From Candidatus Campbellbacteria bacterium RIFOXYC2_FULL_35_25 (GTDB lineage: Bacteria > Patescibacteriota > Minisyncoccia > Phycocordibacterales > UBA12079), in the NCBI GenBank assembly GCA_001774495.1, contig MFAE01000006.1, positions 5,356-69,355 on the forward strand: a stretch of DNA of 64,000 bases, read 5' to 3'. The position numbers were made by a program, and so were the translations under genes. Shown here piece by piece: positions 28,498 through 37,948 of this stretch. Positions within the stretch are counted from its first letter, which is position 1; each line of letters opens with the position of its first letter. The notes beneath the pieces are model-generated. The model was not told where the DNA came from. It did no database searches and saw nothing but the letters and a program-made list of their open reading frames with translations.

Positions 28498-29119
28498 ATA
28501 AAATCATAAAAGAAAACATTCCCGGCCAAATTTTATCCAAAGAAATAAAACGCCCCAAAGGAAATAGACCCACATCATTAAAATATTTTTTAAACAAATT
28601 GTTTAACTCCCTTCTAGAAAAGTGATTAATATGAGTTGGGTCGTGCAAAGGGGTAGCTTTTTTCTTCCCAAAAAATAACCTGATTCTGTTCTTTAAACTA
28701 AAAGCATTCGGAACAGAACCCAATAAAGCACCTTCGGGTTTTAATATAAACGAAATTTTTTGAATTATTTTTTCAGGATAATATAAATGTTCCAAAATCT
28801 CACCAGCAACAACTATGTCAAAACTATTTTCTAAAAAACCCCAGTCTTCATATAGATTTAAATGTTTTGTTTCTATATTTAATTGAGATTTTGCCTTCTC
28901 TAAAGACTCCTCATCAACATCAACCCCTAAAACGCTATTACCCGCGCAATAAGTTTTGGTTAATTCACCATCACGACACCCAATATCTAAAATTCTTTTC
29001 CCTTTTCCGATCCTTTCTCTTAAAAAAGAGCCTCTTTCATCACCAAAAAGTGTTTTCCCTCTCCTCCCCCCATCTCTATGGTGCTCTGTATAAATTTTTT
29101 TTAAAGAATCATTATTCAT
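28463..29119 (-). CDS. class I SAM-dependent methyltransferase
   Basis: ILDIGCRDGELT (motif I) and DIVVAGEILEHL (motif II/III). Confidence 0.7.
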   Translation of the reverse strand: MNNDSLKKIYTEHHRDGGRRGKTLFGDERGSFLRERIGKGKRILDIGCRDGELTKTYCAGNSVLGVDVDEESLEKAKSQLNIETKHLNLYEDWGFLENSFDIVVAGEILEHLYYPEKIIQKISFILKPEGALLGSVPNAFSLKNRIRLFFGKKKATPLHDPTHINHFSRRELNNLFKKYFNDVGLFPLGRFISLDKIWPGMFSFMILFEAKNKKIHHE

Positions 29120-30176
29120 ATATACTTTTTATTTTTTTAATTAAGTTTCCAATACTATGATTACCAGCAACGGTGTTCCTTAATTCAATACCTAAAGATT
29201 TTCTGCCTTTATCTCCAAGATCAAACATTTCTTTTATTTTATCACATAAAATAACAAAATCATTTTTAGGAAACATTAAACGTTCCTTGAAACCACCCAA
29301 AACCTCCAGAAAAGCTTCGTTGCAATTTAAGATAGGAATTCCGCAGGCCATTGATTCCAAAACTGTCTTGTCTAAACTTCCTGTGTGACTTGTATTAACA
29401 AACAAATCGGACTCCTTTAGATACTTTGGTATCTCGCTATTTGAAACGGGCCCAACAAAAATAATATTATTTTCTAAATTCTTTTGACGCACCATTAATT
29501 TTAATGAATCAAAATACTTTTCCTGTTCAGACAAAACAACACCCCCGATAATCCTAAGCTTTATATTTATTCCACCGCTAACAAGCTTTTCGATTGCCTT
29601 TATCAAAGTTTCATAATCTTTCACAGGAGAAATCCTGCCAACAGTTACGACACTAAAAATAGTAGGTTTTATTATATTCAAACCTGGTTTGAAAATTTCT
29701 AGATTAATTCCTTGTCCAACGACTTTCTTTTTTTTACTATCTATACGAAAGCCGCTTTCTGTGGAAGTAAAAACATGATTGGTGATTTTTTCTGCTATTC
29801 TCAAGCTAAAAGGAACAGACCCGTGAGCATACCATAAACCAACTTTTTTACCCCACAATCGCCAAAATAGACCTCCTAGGAGCACATAAACTTGGTTCAT
29901 ATGTACAAAAACTTGCTCATAACCGGCTCTTTCTTGCCAAATGTATTTATAAAAATTTAAAATGTATTTTAGTTTAGAAACACCCCTCTCTTTCCCAAGA
30001 GAAAGGACCTTCACATTTTCAGGCAAATCATGTTTTCCTTCATAAAGACAGATAACTGTTACCTTTTCATAGTTTTTAGCGAACTCCAAAATCCACCCAT
30101 GGAAGAAACCAAGGACGTCATCATTTTTGTCTACTTTTTGTGTGAGTATTAGTAATTTCATTATTACTTTTTCCAA
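29112..30176 (-). CDS. glycosyltransferase family 4
   Basis: GT4 C-domain (LDKTVLESMACGIPIL). The ORF track starts at TTG 30176 and an ATG lies at 30161. By my reading the frame stays open upstream into the AbrB-like mini-ORF (see finding). Confidence 0.7.
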   Translation of the reverse strand: MEKVIMKLLILTQKVDKNDDVLGFFHGWILEFAKNYEKVTVICLYEGKHDLPENVKVLSLGKERGVSKLKYILNFYKYIWQERAGYEQVFVHMNQVYVLLGGLFWRLWGKKVGLWYAHGSVPFSLRIAEKITNHVFTSTESGFRIDSKKKKVVGQGINLEIFKPGLNIIKPTIFSVVTVGRISPVKDYETLIKAIEKLVSGGINIKLRIIGGVVLSEQEKYFDSLKLMVRQKNLENNIIFVGPVSNSEIPKYLKESDLFVNTSHTGSLDKTVLESMACGIPILNCNEAFLEVLGGFKERLMFPKNDFVILCDKIKEMFDLGDKGRKSLGIELRNTVAGNHSIGNLIKKIKSIYE

Positions 30177-30344
30177 TCTTTAATTACTATTTTTTTATTT
30201 TTTTTATCTACATTAACAACAAGTTTCTGTGATTTTATCCAACCCAAATCTCTGATCCCTTCAATAGGCAAGGTAACAAAGTATGTAGGACCATTTTTTG
30301 CTAATTTTCGAATATTTCTATCTTCTAGTTTTCTTCTTGCCATA
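30177..30344 (-). CDS. AbrB/MazE/SpoVT-like swapped-hairpin DNA-binding domain mini-ORF (56 aa), apparently lacking its own stop codon
   Basis: Own translation from ATG 30344: MARRKLEDRNIRKLAKNGPTYFVTLPIEGIRDLGWIKSQKLVVNVDKKNKKIVIK. Matches the V.LP.E.R.LG.K.GD.V.V..D...IVI. pattern of the SpoVT_AbrB domain. In frame with the GT4 ORF downstream. Confidence 0.45.
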
Positions 30345-30358
30345 ATAAGTAAATTTTA

Positions 30359-30394
30359 ACTGTATAATTAACTGTACAGTTAATTATACAGTTA
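30359..30394. promoter_or_regulatory. perfect 36-bp palindrome AACTGTATAATTAACTGTACAGTTAATTATACAGTT (candidate operator overlapping divergent TATAAT boxes)
   Basis: Sequence equals its own reverse complement. Lies 14 nt upstream of the AbrB-like ORF and 140 nt upstream of the plus-strand HAD gene. Carries a TATAAT hexamer on both strands. Confidence 0.6.
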
Positions 30395-30533
30395 ATTCTA
30401 GTTAAAACAATTTTTTCATGCTACTATTTTGAGTATTGGTATTGTATATAAGATATTCACATAATATACAATATTTCGTTATTAATAGTTCGAAATTTCG
30501 TATAAAAACGAGTTATGTGTAATTTATTTTTTC

Positions 30534-31139
30534 ATGATTAAAATTATTATTTTTGACTTTGACGGAGTTATTCTTGACAATTACGAGCTTCACTACTCGT
30601 TTATTCAAAAACAGATAACTAACATAACAAGGGAAGAACATAGGAGGTTGTTTGATGGAAACATTAATGTTGAGCGAGAAAAACTATCTCATAGAAATAC
30701 TGGGTACGATATAAAAAAACATTTTAGTGACGCTAAGCTTGAAACTGTTATTGATTCTGAGGTAAAAGTAATTCTGAAATCTCTATCGGAAAAATACATG
30801 CTAGGGATTATTACCTCCGCAAGAGAATACGGGGTAAAAGGTTGTCTTGAATATAATCGATTAAGTAAATATTTTTCATTTATTTATGGGTATGAAACCG
30901 GCACATTAAAGAAAGATAAATTTAAAAAAGTTTTTGCGGAGCATGCTGTCTCTCCAAATAAATGTATCTTTGTTGCAGATACAGTTGGAGACATATTGGA
31001 AGCTCGTGAAGTGGGAGTTGAAACAATTGCAGTTGATTTTGGATATCACAACAAGGAGCGTCTTAGCAAAGTTAATCCCTTGGCAATAGCTTCTAATTTT
31101 AGCGAAGTATCTCAAATCGTCAGCAAAATAAGGGTATAA
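30534..31139 (+). CDS. HAD-superfamily hydrolase (subfamily IA-like phosphatase)
   Basis: Motif I IIIFDFDGVILDN, motif II ITSA, motif IV VADTVGDI...EVG. Confidence 0.8.
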   Translation: MIKIIIFDFDGVILDNYELHYSFIQKQITNITREEHRRLFDGNINVEREKLSHRNTGYDIKKHFSDAKLETVIDSEVKVILKSLSEKYMLGIITSAREYGVKGCLEYNRLSKYFSFIYGYETGTLKKDKFKKVFAEHAVSPNKCIFVADTVGDILEAREVGVETIAVDFGYHNKERLSKVNPLAIASNFSEVSQIVSKIRV

Positions 31140-31260
31140 AAAAATAAACTACACATAACAGCGTGTATGAGGCTACGGTTTTTTACAAAAGCCTTCGCCC
31201 AAATTACTTCGTAACTTCTCATACATACAAACGTTAGGCGGAATAAATTAATTTACTATT

Positions 31261-31710
31261 ATGGAAATAACAAAACATTTTACAGCTACTACCTACATCG
31301 TATATGAAAAGATGGTGCTTTTACATTTCCACAAAAAACTTAACCTGTGGTTAGCTATTGGCGGGCACATCGATGACAACGAATTACCAGAGGAAACCGC
31401 ACTACGCGAAATAGTTGAAGAAGCTGGTTTAGTTGCGACTCTATATAATCCAGATAAACAACTCGGGGTTAGTGATATTAAACAATTATTTCGCCCAATG
31501 CACATCTTGCTTGAAGATATTACGGAAACACATAAACATATTGATTTTATTTACTATGCAACATCTCAATCTAATGTTTTGAACCCACAAGAGGGCGAAA
31601 CCGACGACCTTAAGTGGTTTACAGCAGATGAAATTGAAAAACTTGATGCCCCAGAAAATGTAAAAGCAATTTCTTTAACAGCCATTAATCTGCTAGGCAC
31701 CTCAAGTTAA
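31261..31710 (+). CDS. NUDIX hydrolase
   Basis: Nudix box GGHIDDNELPEETALREIVEEAGL (Gx5Ex7REUxEExGU). Confidence 0.8.
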   Translation: MEITKHFTATTYIVYEKMVLLHFHKKLNLWLAIGGHIDDNELPEETALREIVEEAGLVATLYNPDKQLGVSDIKQLFRPMHILLEDITETHKHIDFIYYATSQSNVLNPQEGETDDLKWFTADEIEKLDAPENVKAISLTAINLLGTSS

Positions 31711-31775
31711 TTTGCATCTCTCAACACCGGGTATCAGAATATTTTTTTCAAAATATATAGGGTCACTACAAAATA

Positions 31776-32912
31776 TTAAACAAAACACCTCTCCCAATCC
31801 TCTTTGATTAATTGCAAATAATCTTGTTTGTTTTTTATAATTCTACTATCAATATCTTCCATAGCTTTTAGAGTCATTGTTTTCAGCTTTGCTTTGTTAT
31901 TTAAAATTTCTTCTAACTTTTTAATAAAACATTTTTTGTTTCCTACTTTACAAATTTCGACACTCCCTTCTTTTAAGACATCCCCCACCAAACCAACATC
32001 GGTGGTTAAAACAGGACAACCAGAAGCGGCCGCCTCAATAAGCGTCATTCCGTATCCTTCAAAATTTGAAGTATTTAAAAACAAATCAGCAGTTTTATAA
32101 TAAGAAACTAAATTGTCTTGCCACCCAGCAAAGACAATCGAAGCTGATAGCTTATAGCTTAGAGCTGATAGCTCAAGACTTTTTCTTAACGAACCGTCGC
32201 CGACAATCACTAGCCCGACTTTTGGATATTCTTTGATAATTTCTTTCATTACATCCATAGCCAAAGGAATATTTTTCTCCTTTTCCAGGCGTGAAGCCAT
32301 CAGAATAATAAATTCAAATTTAGAATATTTTTTATGTAAGTCTATTTTGGGCTGTGTATTTTTTATCTTTTCTAAATCAACAAAAATAGGTAATATTGAA
32401 ATTTTTTCTGCTTTTTTAATCTGCCACTTACTAATAGAATTTTTAATCCTTTCACTAACAACACGAACTCCATCAGCCTGCATTATTAAAAGAGTCGCCA
32501 ACTGACCCCTGCTTTTATTTAAAACGGACGCCATTTGGAACTTCATACTCAAAAAATCTGCGTGAACCTGCAAGTGTAATTTTGCTTTTTTTGTTTTAGC
32601 GATAAACCAACCAACCAAGCCTGTTTCAAACGGATCTTGAGTTGTCACCAGCCACTTATCTCTATTTAAATTACTTCCGATTATCTTTCTCCCGATTCTG
32701 ATTGCGTCAAAAATATACATAAATTTATTTATAGAATTCGTCGAATAAACTTGAGTCCGATTCCCAATAATCCTTCTTTCGAAACCAGTTTTTTTAGAAA
32801 AGACAATAATATGCAAGTCATCAACTAAATTTCCATATTCAACCATCCTCTGCCTCACCGCAGAATTTTCCTCAAAAATCTTTCTATCTGTTGAAATCAT
32901 TAAAACTTTCAT
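31776..32912 (-). CDS. glycosyltransferase family 4
   Basis: GT4 C-domain FEGYGMTLIEAAASGCPVLTTDVG. Confidence 0.75.
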   Translation of the reverse strand: MKVLMISTDRKIFEENSAVRQRMVEYGNLVDDLHIIVFSKKTGFERRIIGNRTQVYSTNSINKFMYIFDAIRIGRKIIGSNLNRDKWLVTTQDPFETGLVGWFIAKTKKAKLHLQVHADFLSMKFQMASVLNKSRGQLATLLIMQADGVRVVSERIKNSISKWQIKKAEKISILPIFVDLEKIKNTQPKIDLHKKYSKFEFIILMASRLEKEKNIPLAMDVMKEIIKEYPKVGLVIVGDGSLRKSLELSALSYKLSASIVFAGWQDNLVSYYKTADLFLNTSNFEGYGMTLIEAAASGCPVLTTDVGLVGDVLKEGSVEICKVGNKKCFIKKLEEILNNKAKLKTMTLKAMEDIDSRIIKNKQDYLQLIKEDWERCFV

Positions 32913-32921
32913 CTTTTTATT

Positions 32922-34019
32922 TTATATATTTTTTAAAAGCCCTGATATCTCGCCGAGCATTTTTTCTCTATTAAAGTTCTTTACTTCCTCTTGAGCGTTC
33001 ATAGCGAAATCTACTTTCATTTGATTATTCCCCAACAATCTTATTACAGCCTCTTTTAACTCGTCTTTGTCATCGTAAGAAACTAGCAAGCCATCTTTGT
33101 TATTTTCAATTATTTCTGGATTACCTCCAACATCTGTAGTTATAATAGGAGTACCAACCGACATCACTTCTAGCAACTGATGGGACAGCCCTTCATAACC
33201 AGTATTTAAAACAAACAAATCTGATGCTTTTATATACCTCAAGAGTCTATCTTGAGGCAAGCTTCCTAACAAAAAAACTTTTCCTACCAAACCAAAATTA
33301 TTTATTTTTTGTTCCAACTTTTCTTTATCAGGACCATCACCAGCAATAAATAATTTAATATTTGGCAAATCTTTCACGACTTCAATTAAAGTCTCAAAAC
33401 CCTTCCAGGGAACAAACCTTCCTACAGAAAAAATAATGTTTTCAATAAAACCAAATCCCTTTCTCAACGTCTCTTTTGATTCTTCCACCTCTTTAGGAGC
33501 AAAAGCATTGTAAACAACTTTTATTTTTCCTTCTTCTATACCCCACATCATTACAATCTTTTTCAGATAATTACTTGGGACCACAATCGTATCTGCCTTT
33601 TCCCCCACCCACCTTTCAATTTTTCTCCTTAGACTAGAAACCCAATCAACCTTCATATTTTGAAAATCTTCTGGGGTAACAAAACTAACCCCCTGTCCTT
33701 GTTGCTGTTGCTCCCAAGCGTAATCACCCACCATTTTCAAAACAAATTTTTTGCCAAGAATTTTCGCCACTAAAACTGAAGGTAACCCCACTGAAACAGG
33801 ATCCTGAGCATAAATTAAATCTACCTCTTTACCTTTTTTTAAAGTTTTTAAAAAATAAGCAAAATGTCTAATTATTTTAGGTAAATGTCGTACCTCACCA
33901 AAAGACAAAACTTCCACCTCAATTCCTTTTTTAGGCAATTCATCAAAAAGCAACTTGGAATAAGTCGCCGGCCCCCCAAAATCTGGTGGGTAAATCCCTG
34001 TACAGATAAGAATCTTCAT
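32922..34019 (-). CDS. glycosyltransferase family 4
   Basis: N-domain MKILICTGIYPPDFGGPATY and C-domain YEGLSHQLLEVMSVGTPIITTDVGG. Confidence 0.75.
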   Translation of the reverse strand: MKILICTGIYPPDFGGPATYSKLLFDELPKKGIEVEVLSFGEVRHLPKIIRHFAYFLKTLKKGKEVDLIYAQDPVSVGLPSVLVAKILGKKFVLKMVGDYAWEQQQQGQGVSFVTPEDFQNMKVDWVSSLRRKIERWVGEKADTIVVPSNYLKKIVMMWGIEEGKIKVVYNAFAPKEVEESKETLRKGFGFIENIIFSVGRFVPWKGFETLIEVVKDLPNIKLFIAGDGPDKEKLEQKINNFGLVGKVFLLGSLPQDRLLRYIKASDLFVLNTGYEGLSHQLLEVMSVGTPIITTDVGGNPEIIENNKDGLLVSYDDKDELKEAVIRLLGNNQMKVDFAMNAQEEVKNFNREKMLGEISGLLKNI

Positions 34020-34166
34020 TTCTTAAGAATAGCAATTTTAATGGGTAAAATAAAGCATAGGAGCCAATAGGTTTGTTCTCTTCCTATTTATTTTATATAA
34101 TAAAACAAGAAGTTGGAATCTACAAAAATGGTGTTTCCGAGAAAATCAAACTTGGAGGAGGAAACG

Positions 34167-34382
34167 ATGGAAAAATACCCATATAATGGGCATCCCATTG
34201 CTGTAAACACAACTGTCAGGAACCTCCTAAGCAAAAGTGTCGGGAAGGTTCAACCTCATTTCGGGGAATACAACCCTGCGCTTAGGCCTGAAGTCACCCT
34301 TGTCCCAGTTTTATGGGAAGGTGATGGAGCAAGACTCGGAATCTGTTCTGTACAAGTCAACAATCTTGAACAAATGACTTAA
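34167..34382 (+). CDS. small hypothetical protein (71 aa), GC-enriched
   Basis: GGAGGAGG ribosome-binding site 6 nt before ATG 34167 (MEKYPYNGHPIAVNTTV...). A perfect 12-bp terminator hairpin follows. The ORF track gives a longer 34113 start. Confidence 0.45.
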   Translation: MEKYPYNGHPIAVNTTVRNLLSKSVGKVQPHFGEYNPALRPEVTLVPVLWEGDGARLGICSVQVNNLEQMT

Positions 34383-34387
34383 CCTAA

Positions 34388-34425
34388 AAAAAGGCAGGAA
34401 CCCCTAGGGGTTCCTGCCTTTGCTA
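34388..34425 (+). terminator. intrinsic terminator (ggcaggaacccc-ta-ggggttcctgcc + ttt)
   Basis: Perfect 12-bp GC-rich palindrome followed by a T-run. Confidence 0.75.
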
Positions 34426-34485
34426 ATTTATACAGACACTAAAATCTCATTTCGCACTCAAGAACATTGTGATAAACTAAGAATT

Positions 34486-35046
34486 ATGAAAATAGTAATT
34501 GCGACACCATTATATCCCCCTGAAATTGCTGAATCAGCTATATACTCAAAAAAAATTTCTGAATTACTTACTAAGGAAGGAAATGAAACAACAGTTATAA
34601 CTTACACAAAAATCCCAGAAGAAATTGTTGGGGTAAAAATAATCTCTATAAATAAACAAATGCCTTTACCAATAAGACTTTTTGTTTATACAAAAAAATT
34701 ATTGAAATTAGCGCAAGAAAACGATATTATCTACGCACAAAATGGAGCTTCTGTTGAGTTACCAGTGGCTATTGTAGTTCTCTTAACCAGTAAACCATTG
34801 GTCATTAATACAATTGATGAAAAAGCGGATGAACAAACCCGCGAAAATACCTTATTAAGATACATCCAAAAATTCGCCTTTAACAAAGCAGATAAAATAA
34901 TATGGGAAAAACCTTTATCAAAACCAGAAATTCTTCCTTTCCAAGAAAATCCTAAAAATGAAACAAGGGAATATGAAATGTCATGGAAAAAACATACCAA
35001 ATCACTTATGGAAATATTCAAAAATGCAAAAAACAAAACAAAATAA
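34486..35046 (+). CDS. stand-alone GT-B N-terminal-domain-like protein (GT4 N-domain only)
   Basis: MKIVIATPLYPPEIAESAIYSKKISELL parallels the N-termini of the neighbouring GT4s (MKILICTGIYPPDFGGPATYSKLL). It ends after about 185 aa with no C-terminal sugar-donor domain. Confidence 0.4.
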   Translation: MKIVIATPLYPPEIAESAIYSKKISELLTKEGNETTVITYTKIPEEIVGVKIISINKQMPLPIRLFVYTKKLLKLAQENDIIYAQNGASVELPVAIVVLLTSKPLVINTIDEKADEQTRENTLLRYIQKFAFNKADKIIWEKPLSKPEILPFQENPKNETREYEMSWKKHTKSLMEIFKNAKNKTK

Positions 35047-36118
35047 TTTTGAAAATGAACTTGAACAGATAACACCAATCATTAACCAGTTGGGGTTTTC
35101 TCTTGATACCTTTCAGCCACATATAAGCGGAGAAAAGAAACTTATGCGAGCAGTAACAACGGCCAGTGGCCAAAAGCTTATCCTTATTGGGCATCAAGAA
35201 AAAGGCAACAAAAAAGTTATTATAAAAATAACAAAGGATAAAAAAGGTGTGCATGAGATTGAGAAAGAGAGAATTTGCCGTGACGCTTTAAAAAACATTA
35301 TTTTTGCTTACAAAATATTTTTTTCACCAAAAGAAATTCTTTTCACAAAAATAGAAGGCTATACAATATCTATTCAAGAATATATAAATCAAGAGAGTAC
35401 TTTTTTAGAAAGACCTATCGAAAAACAGTTTTCTCTTGCATTAAAAGTTTTCAAGGCACAAGAAGGAGCCCACGCAACTACGTATAGACACAAAAAAATA
35501 ATTTCAAAAACATTTGGGTATGTAGATTCAGATTGGTATATAAAATCTTACCAAGAATTTAAAAACAATATTGGGGAAGCGTCGCCAGAAAATAAAAAGC
35601 TACAAGAAACCCTCCAAGACGGAGAAATGTCTTTGATAAAAAATAAGGAAATAATAGAACAATACTGTGGCTTTCTAACACACACAGATTTCGTTCCCCA
35701 TAATTTTAGAGTAGTTAATAACGATATATACCTACTAGATCACTCATCAATTAGATTCGGGAATAAGTACGAAGGATGGGCTCGTTTTCTTAATTTTATG
35801 ACATTACACAATCGCCCGCTAGAAGAAGCTCTACTTTTTTATATAAAAAATAACCGTACAAAAGAAGAACAAATATCATTAAAATTGATGCGTATCTATC
35901 GTCTTGGAGAAATAATCTGGTATTACACAAATCTTTTACAAAAAACATCGGGTGATTTACAAACCCTCACTAATGAAAGAATAAAATTTTGGGGAGCTGT
36001 TTTAGAATCAATTCTAAAAGACCAAACTATTTCTGAAGAGGCTGTAAATAAATACAAAGAATTGAGAGACTCTCTCCGTAGTGACGAAGAAAAACAAAGA
36101 CAAAAAAATTTACACTAA
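34958..36118 (+). CDS. APH/choline-kinase-like phosphotransferase (protein-kinase-like fold)
   Basis: Brenner-type catalytic motif FLTHTDFVPHNFRV and LLDHSSIRFGNKYEGWARF (DxD/DFG-like). The real start is probably an internal Met (about 35024), which reduces overlap with the previous gene. Confidence 0.55.
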   Translation: MKQGNMKCHGKNIPNHLWKYSKMQKTKQNNFENELEQITPIINQLGFSLDTFQPHISGEKKLMRAVTTASGQKLILIGHQEKGNKKVIIKITKDKKGVHEIEKERICRDALKNIIFAYKIFFSPKEILFTKIEGYTISIQEYINQESTFLERPIEKQFSLALKVFKAQEGAHATTYRHKKIISKTFGYVDSDWYIKSYQEFKNNIGEASPENKKLQETLQDGEMSLIKNKEIIEQYCGFLTHTDFVPHNFRVVNNDIYLLDHSSIRFGNKYEGWARFLNFMTLHNRPLEEALLFYIKNNRTKEEQISLKLMRIYRLGEIIWYYTNLLQKTSGDLQTLTNERIKFWGAVLESILKDQTISEEAVNKYKELRDSLRSDEEKQRQKNLH

Positions 36119-36660
36119 TCTAAATTATTCATTTGCCCAACCAATTTTTCATACTCATCGACGAGTGGATGCTTCCATGTTTCCTTAAAAACTTTAAGCA
36201 TTTCGTTTTGAAACCAAAGGGTCTTATCTCTACCACGGTTAAAATTATCCCAAGTTTTTTTACCCTGCAAAGAATATGCATTTAATAAACTTTTTGCATT
36301 ATGAATCTTGTCTGATATTGAAACAGCTTTTACATTCTCTGAAGAAATTCTTATTGAATGAATATATGCCTCTTTTCTTTCTTCCCACTCGAGTGATTTA
36401 TCTTCCGAAACAACTTTTATAATTTCAATGGTTTCATTACCTAATTCTTTTACTAATTCGTGTTCAGAAAAATCAGAATCTTCCAAAACATCATGGCACA
36501 ATGCGGCCGCTACAACAAAATCAGAAAAATTATATTTTACTAACTCCAAAGCAACTATAAATGGATGAACAATGTAGGGAGAATTATCACTTTTACGAAC
36601 CTGTTCTTTGTGAACATTAACGGCTATTCTTGTTGCTTTTTCAATCAAACTTAATTCCAT
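36115..36660 (-). CDS. HD-domain phosphohydrolase (RelA/SpoT-type HD, possible small alarmone hydrolase)
   Basis: H...HD motif: VHPFIVA...ALCHDVLEDSDF. Confidence 0.5.
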   Translation of the reverse strand: MELSLIEKATRIAVNVHKEQVRKSDNSPYIVHPFIVALELVKYNFSDFVVAAALCHDVLEDSDFSEHELVKELGNETIEIIKVVSEDKSLEWEERKEAYIHSIRISSENVKAVSISDKIHNAKSLLNAYSLQGKKTWDNFNRGRDKTLWFQNEMLKVFKETWKHPLVDEYEKLVGQMNNLD

Positions 36661-36669
36661 AATATTATT

Positions 36670-37884
36670 TTAAATAAATCTACCAAAAACTTTTTCTCGC
36701 ATTTCTTTGGCAATTACATCCCAATTAAACTTCACAAAAACCATATCCCTCGCCCTCTCTACTATCTCTTTTGTTTTTCCCGGATTTGCGAGCACATCTT
36801 TGACCGCCTCAGCAATTTGCTCAGAATTATCTTTATCTACCACCCAGCCAGTTGGTTCTTTATCAGGGTTATGTTTTTTATCAAACAAAAATTCTGCGAT
36901 TCCACCTTCTCGAGTTGAAATGACAGGAAGCCTTGCCGCCATTGCTGATAAAAATGAATTACCTAGCCCTTCTGAACGAGAGGGTCCTACAAAAATATCT
37001 GCAATGGTTGTGTTTCTATATTTAGGGACATCTTCTCTATCAAGTTTTCCTATAAATTTAACTCTGTTACCCAATTTCTTTTCTTCCACTAAATCTTTAA
37101 GCATCTTTTCGTCAGGACCTCCCCCAATCAATACAAAATGAACATTGTCGGGTAAAAGAAGCAAGGCACGAATTACATCGTCATGACCTTTTTGATATAC
37201 CAGACGAGCTGCATTCATTAAATATATATCACCAGGGTTTTTACCCAACTGTTTTTTAATTTCTTCAACTTCTTCTTGCAAATAGTCAGGGTTCATGTTT
37301 TTAGGGTTAGCCCCATTAAAAATCTTTACTATATCGCCCTTATACCCACGACGAGCGGGCCATTCACCTAAATAACTTGAAATTACTTGAATAACAGAAG
37401 CCTTTCGAAAACCATAATCTAGAAGAGGTGTAAAAGGTCTAATAAACCATCTTTCAAAAACCTTTTCATAAGGGTCCCCGTCTTGAAGAGTTAGAATATG
37501 AGGAATAGAAACACCCCAAAAATGTAACAAAACAACAGGCCATAACATATAGGTCATCATTGCCCAGATAGCATCAAATTTATATTGTTTGTGTAACTTT
37601 TTTGCCTTCAAAGCTGCTAAAGCAGGGAATAGAATTTTTGAAAGATAGACGGAGCCAAAACCAACTCTGTGTATATTAACGTTACCAATCTTTTCATTTT
37701 TTGGAAGAGATTTATCTGATAAGAGAGTCACCATATGAAACTCAATATCGCTTGAATCAATACGATCGGTTATCTCTTTTATTGCTCCTTCGGCACCGCT
37801 AACATTATTAGGATAATACGCAAGGGAAAATATGAGTATTTTTTTCATAACTCTAATTATCACAAAAAACGAGTTATAATACAA
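36670..37884 (-). CDS. glycosyltransferase family 4
   Basis: GT4 C-domain SRSEGLGNSFLSAMAARLPVISTREGG. Confidence 0.75.
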   Translation of the reverse strand: MYYNSFFVIIRVMKKILIFSLAYYPNNVSGAEGAIKEITDRIDSSDIEFHMVTLLSDKSLPKNEKIGNVNIHRVGFGSVYLSKILFPALAALKAKKLHKQYKFDAIWAMMTYMLWPVVLLHFWGVSIPHILTLQDGDPYEKVFERWFIRPFTPLLDYGFRKASVIQVISSYLGEWPARRGYKGDIVKIFNGANPKNMNPDYLQEEVEEIKKQLGKNPGDIYLMNAARLVYQKGHDDVIRALLLLPDNVHFVLIGGGPDEKMLKDLVEEKKLGNRVKFIGKLDREDVPKYRNTTIADIFVGPSRSEGLGNSFLSAMAARLPVISTREGGIAEFLFDKKHNPDKEPTGWVVDKDNSEQIAEAVKDVLANPGKTKEIVERARDMVFVKFNWDVIAKEMREKVFGRFI

Positions 37885-37948
37885 TAATAAAATTAAAAAA
37901 GGGTAGCTCTCAACGAGCTACCCTTTTGCGAAATCAACAAGAGAATGC

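Noticed and set aside
32140-32175. Short repeat agctgatagct ... agctgatagct inside GT4 gene 31776..32912
   Set aside because: Two copies 9 nt apart, in frame (encodes ...SYKLSASI...). Likely a chance low-complexity stretch with no flanking signals.
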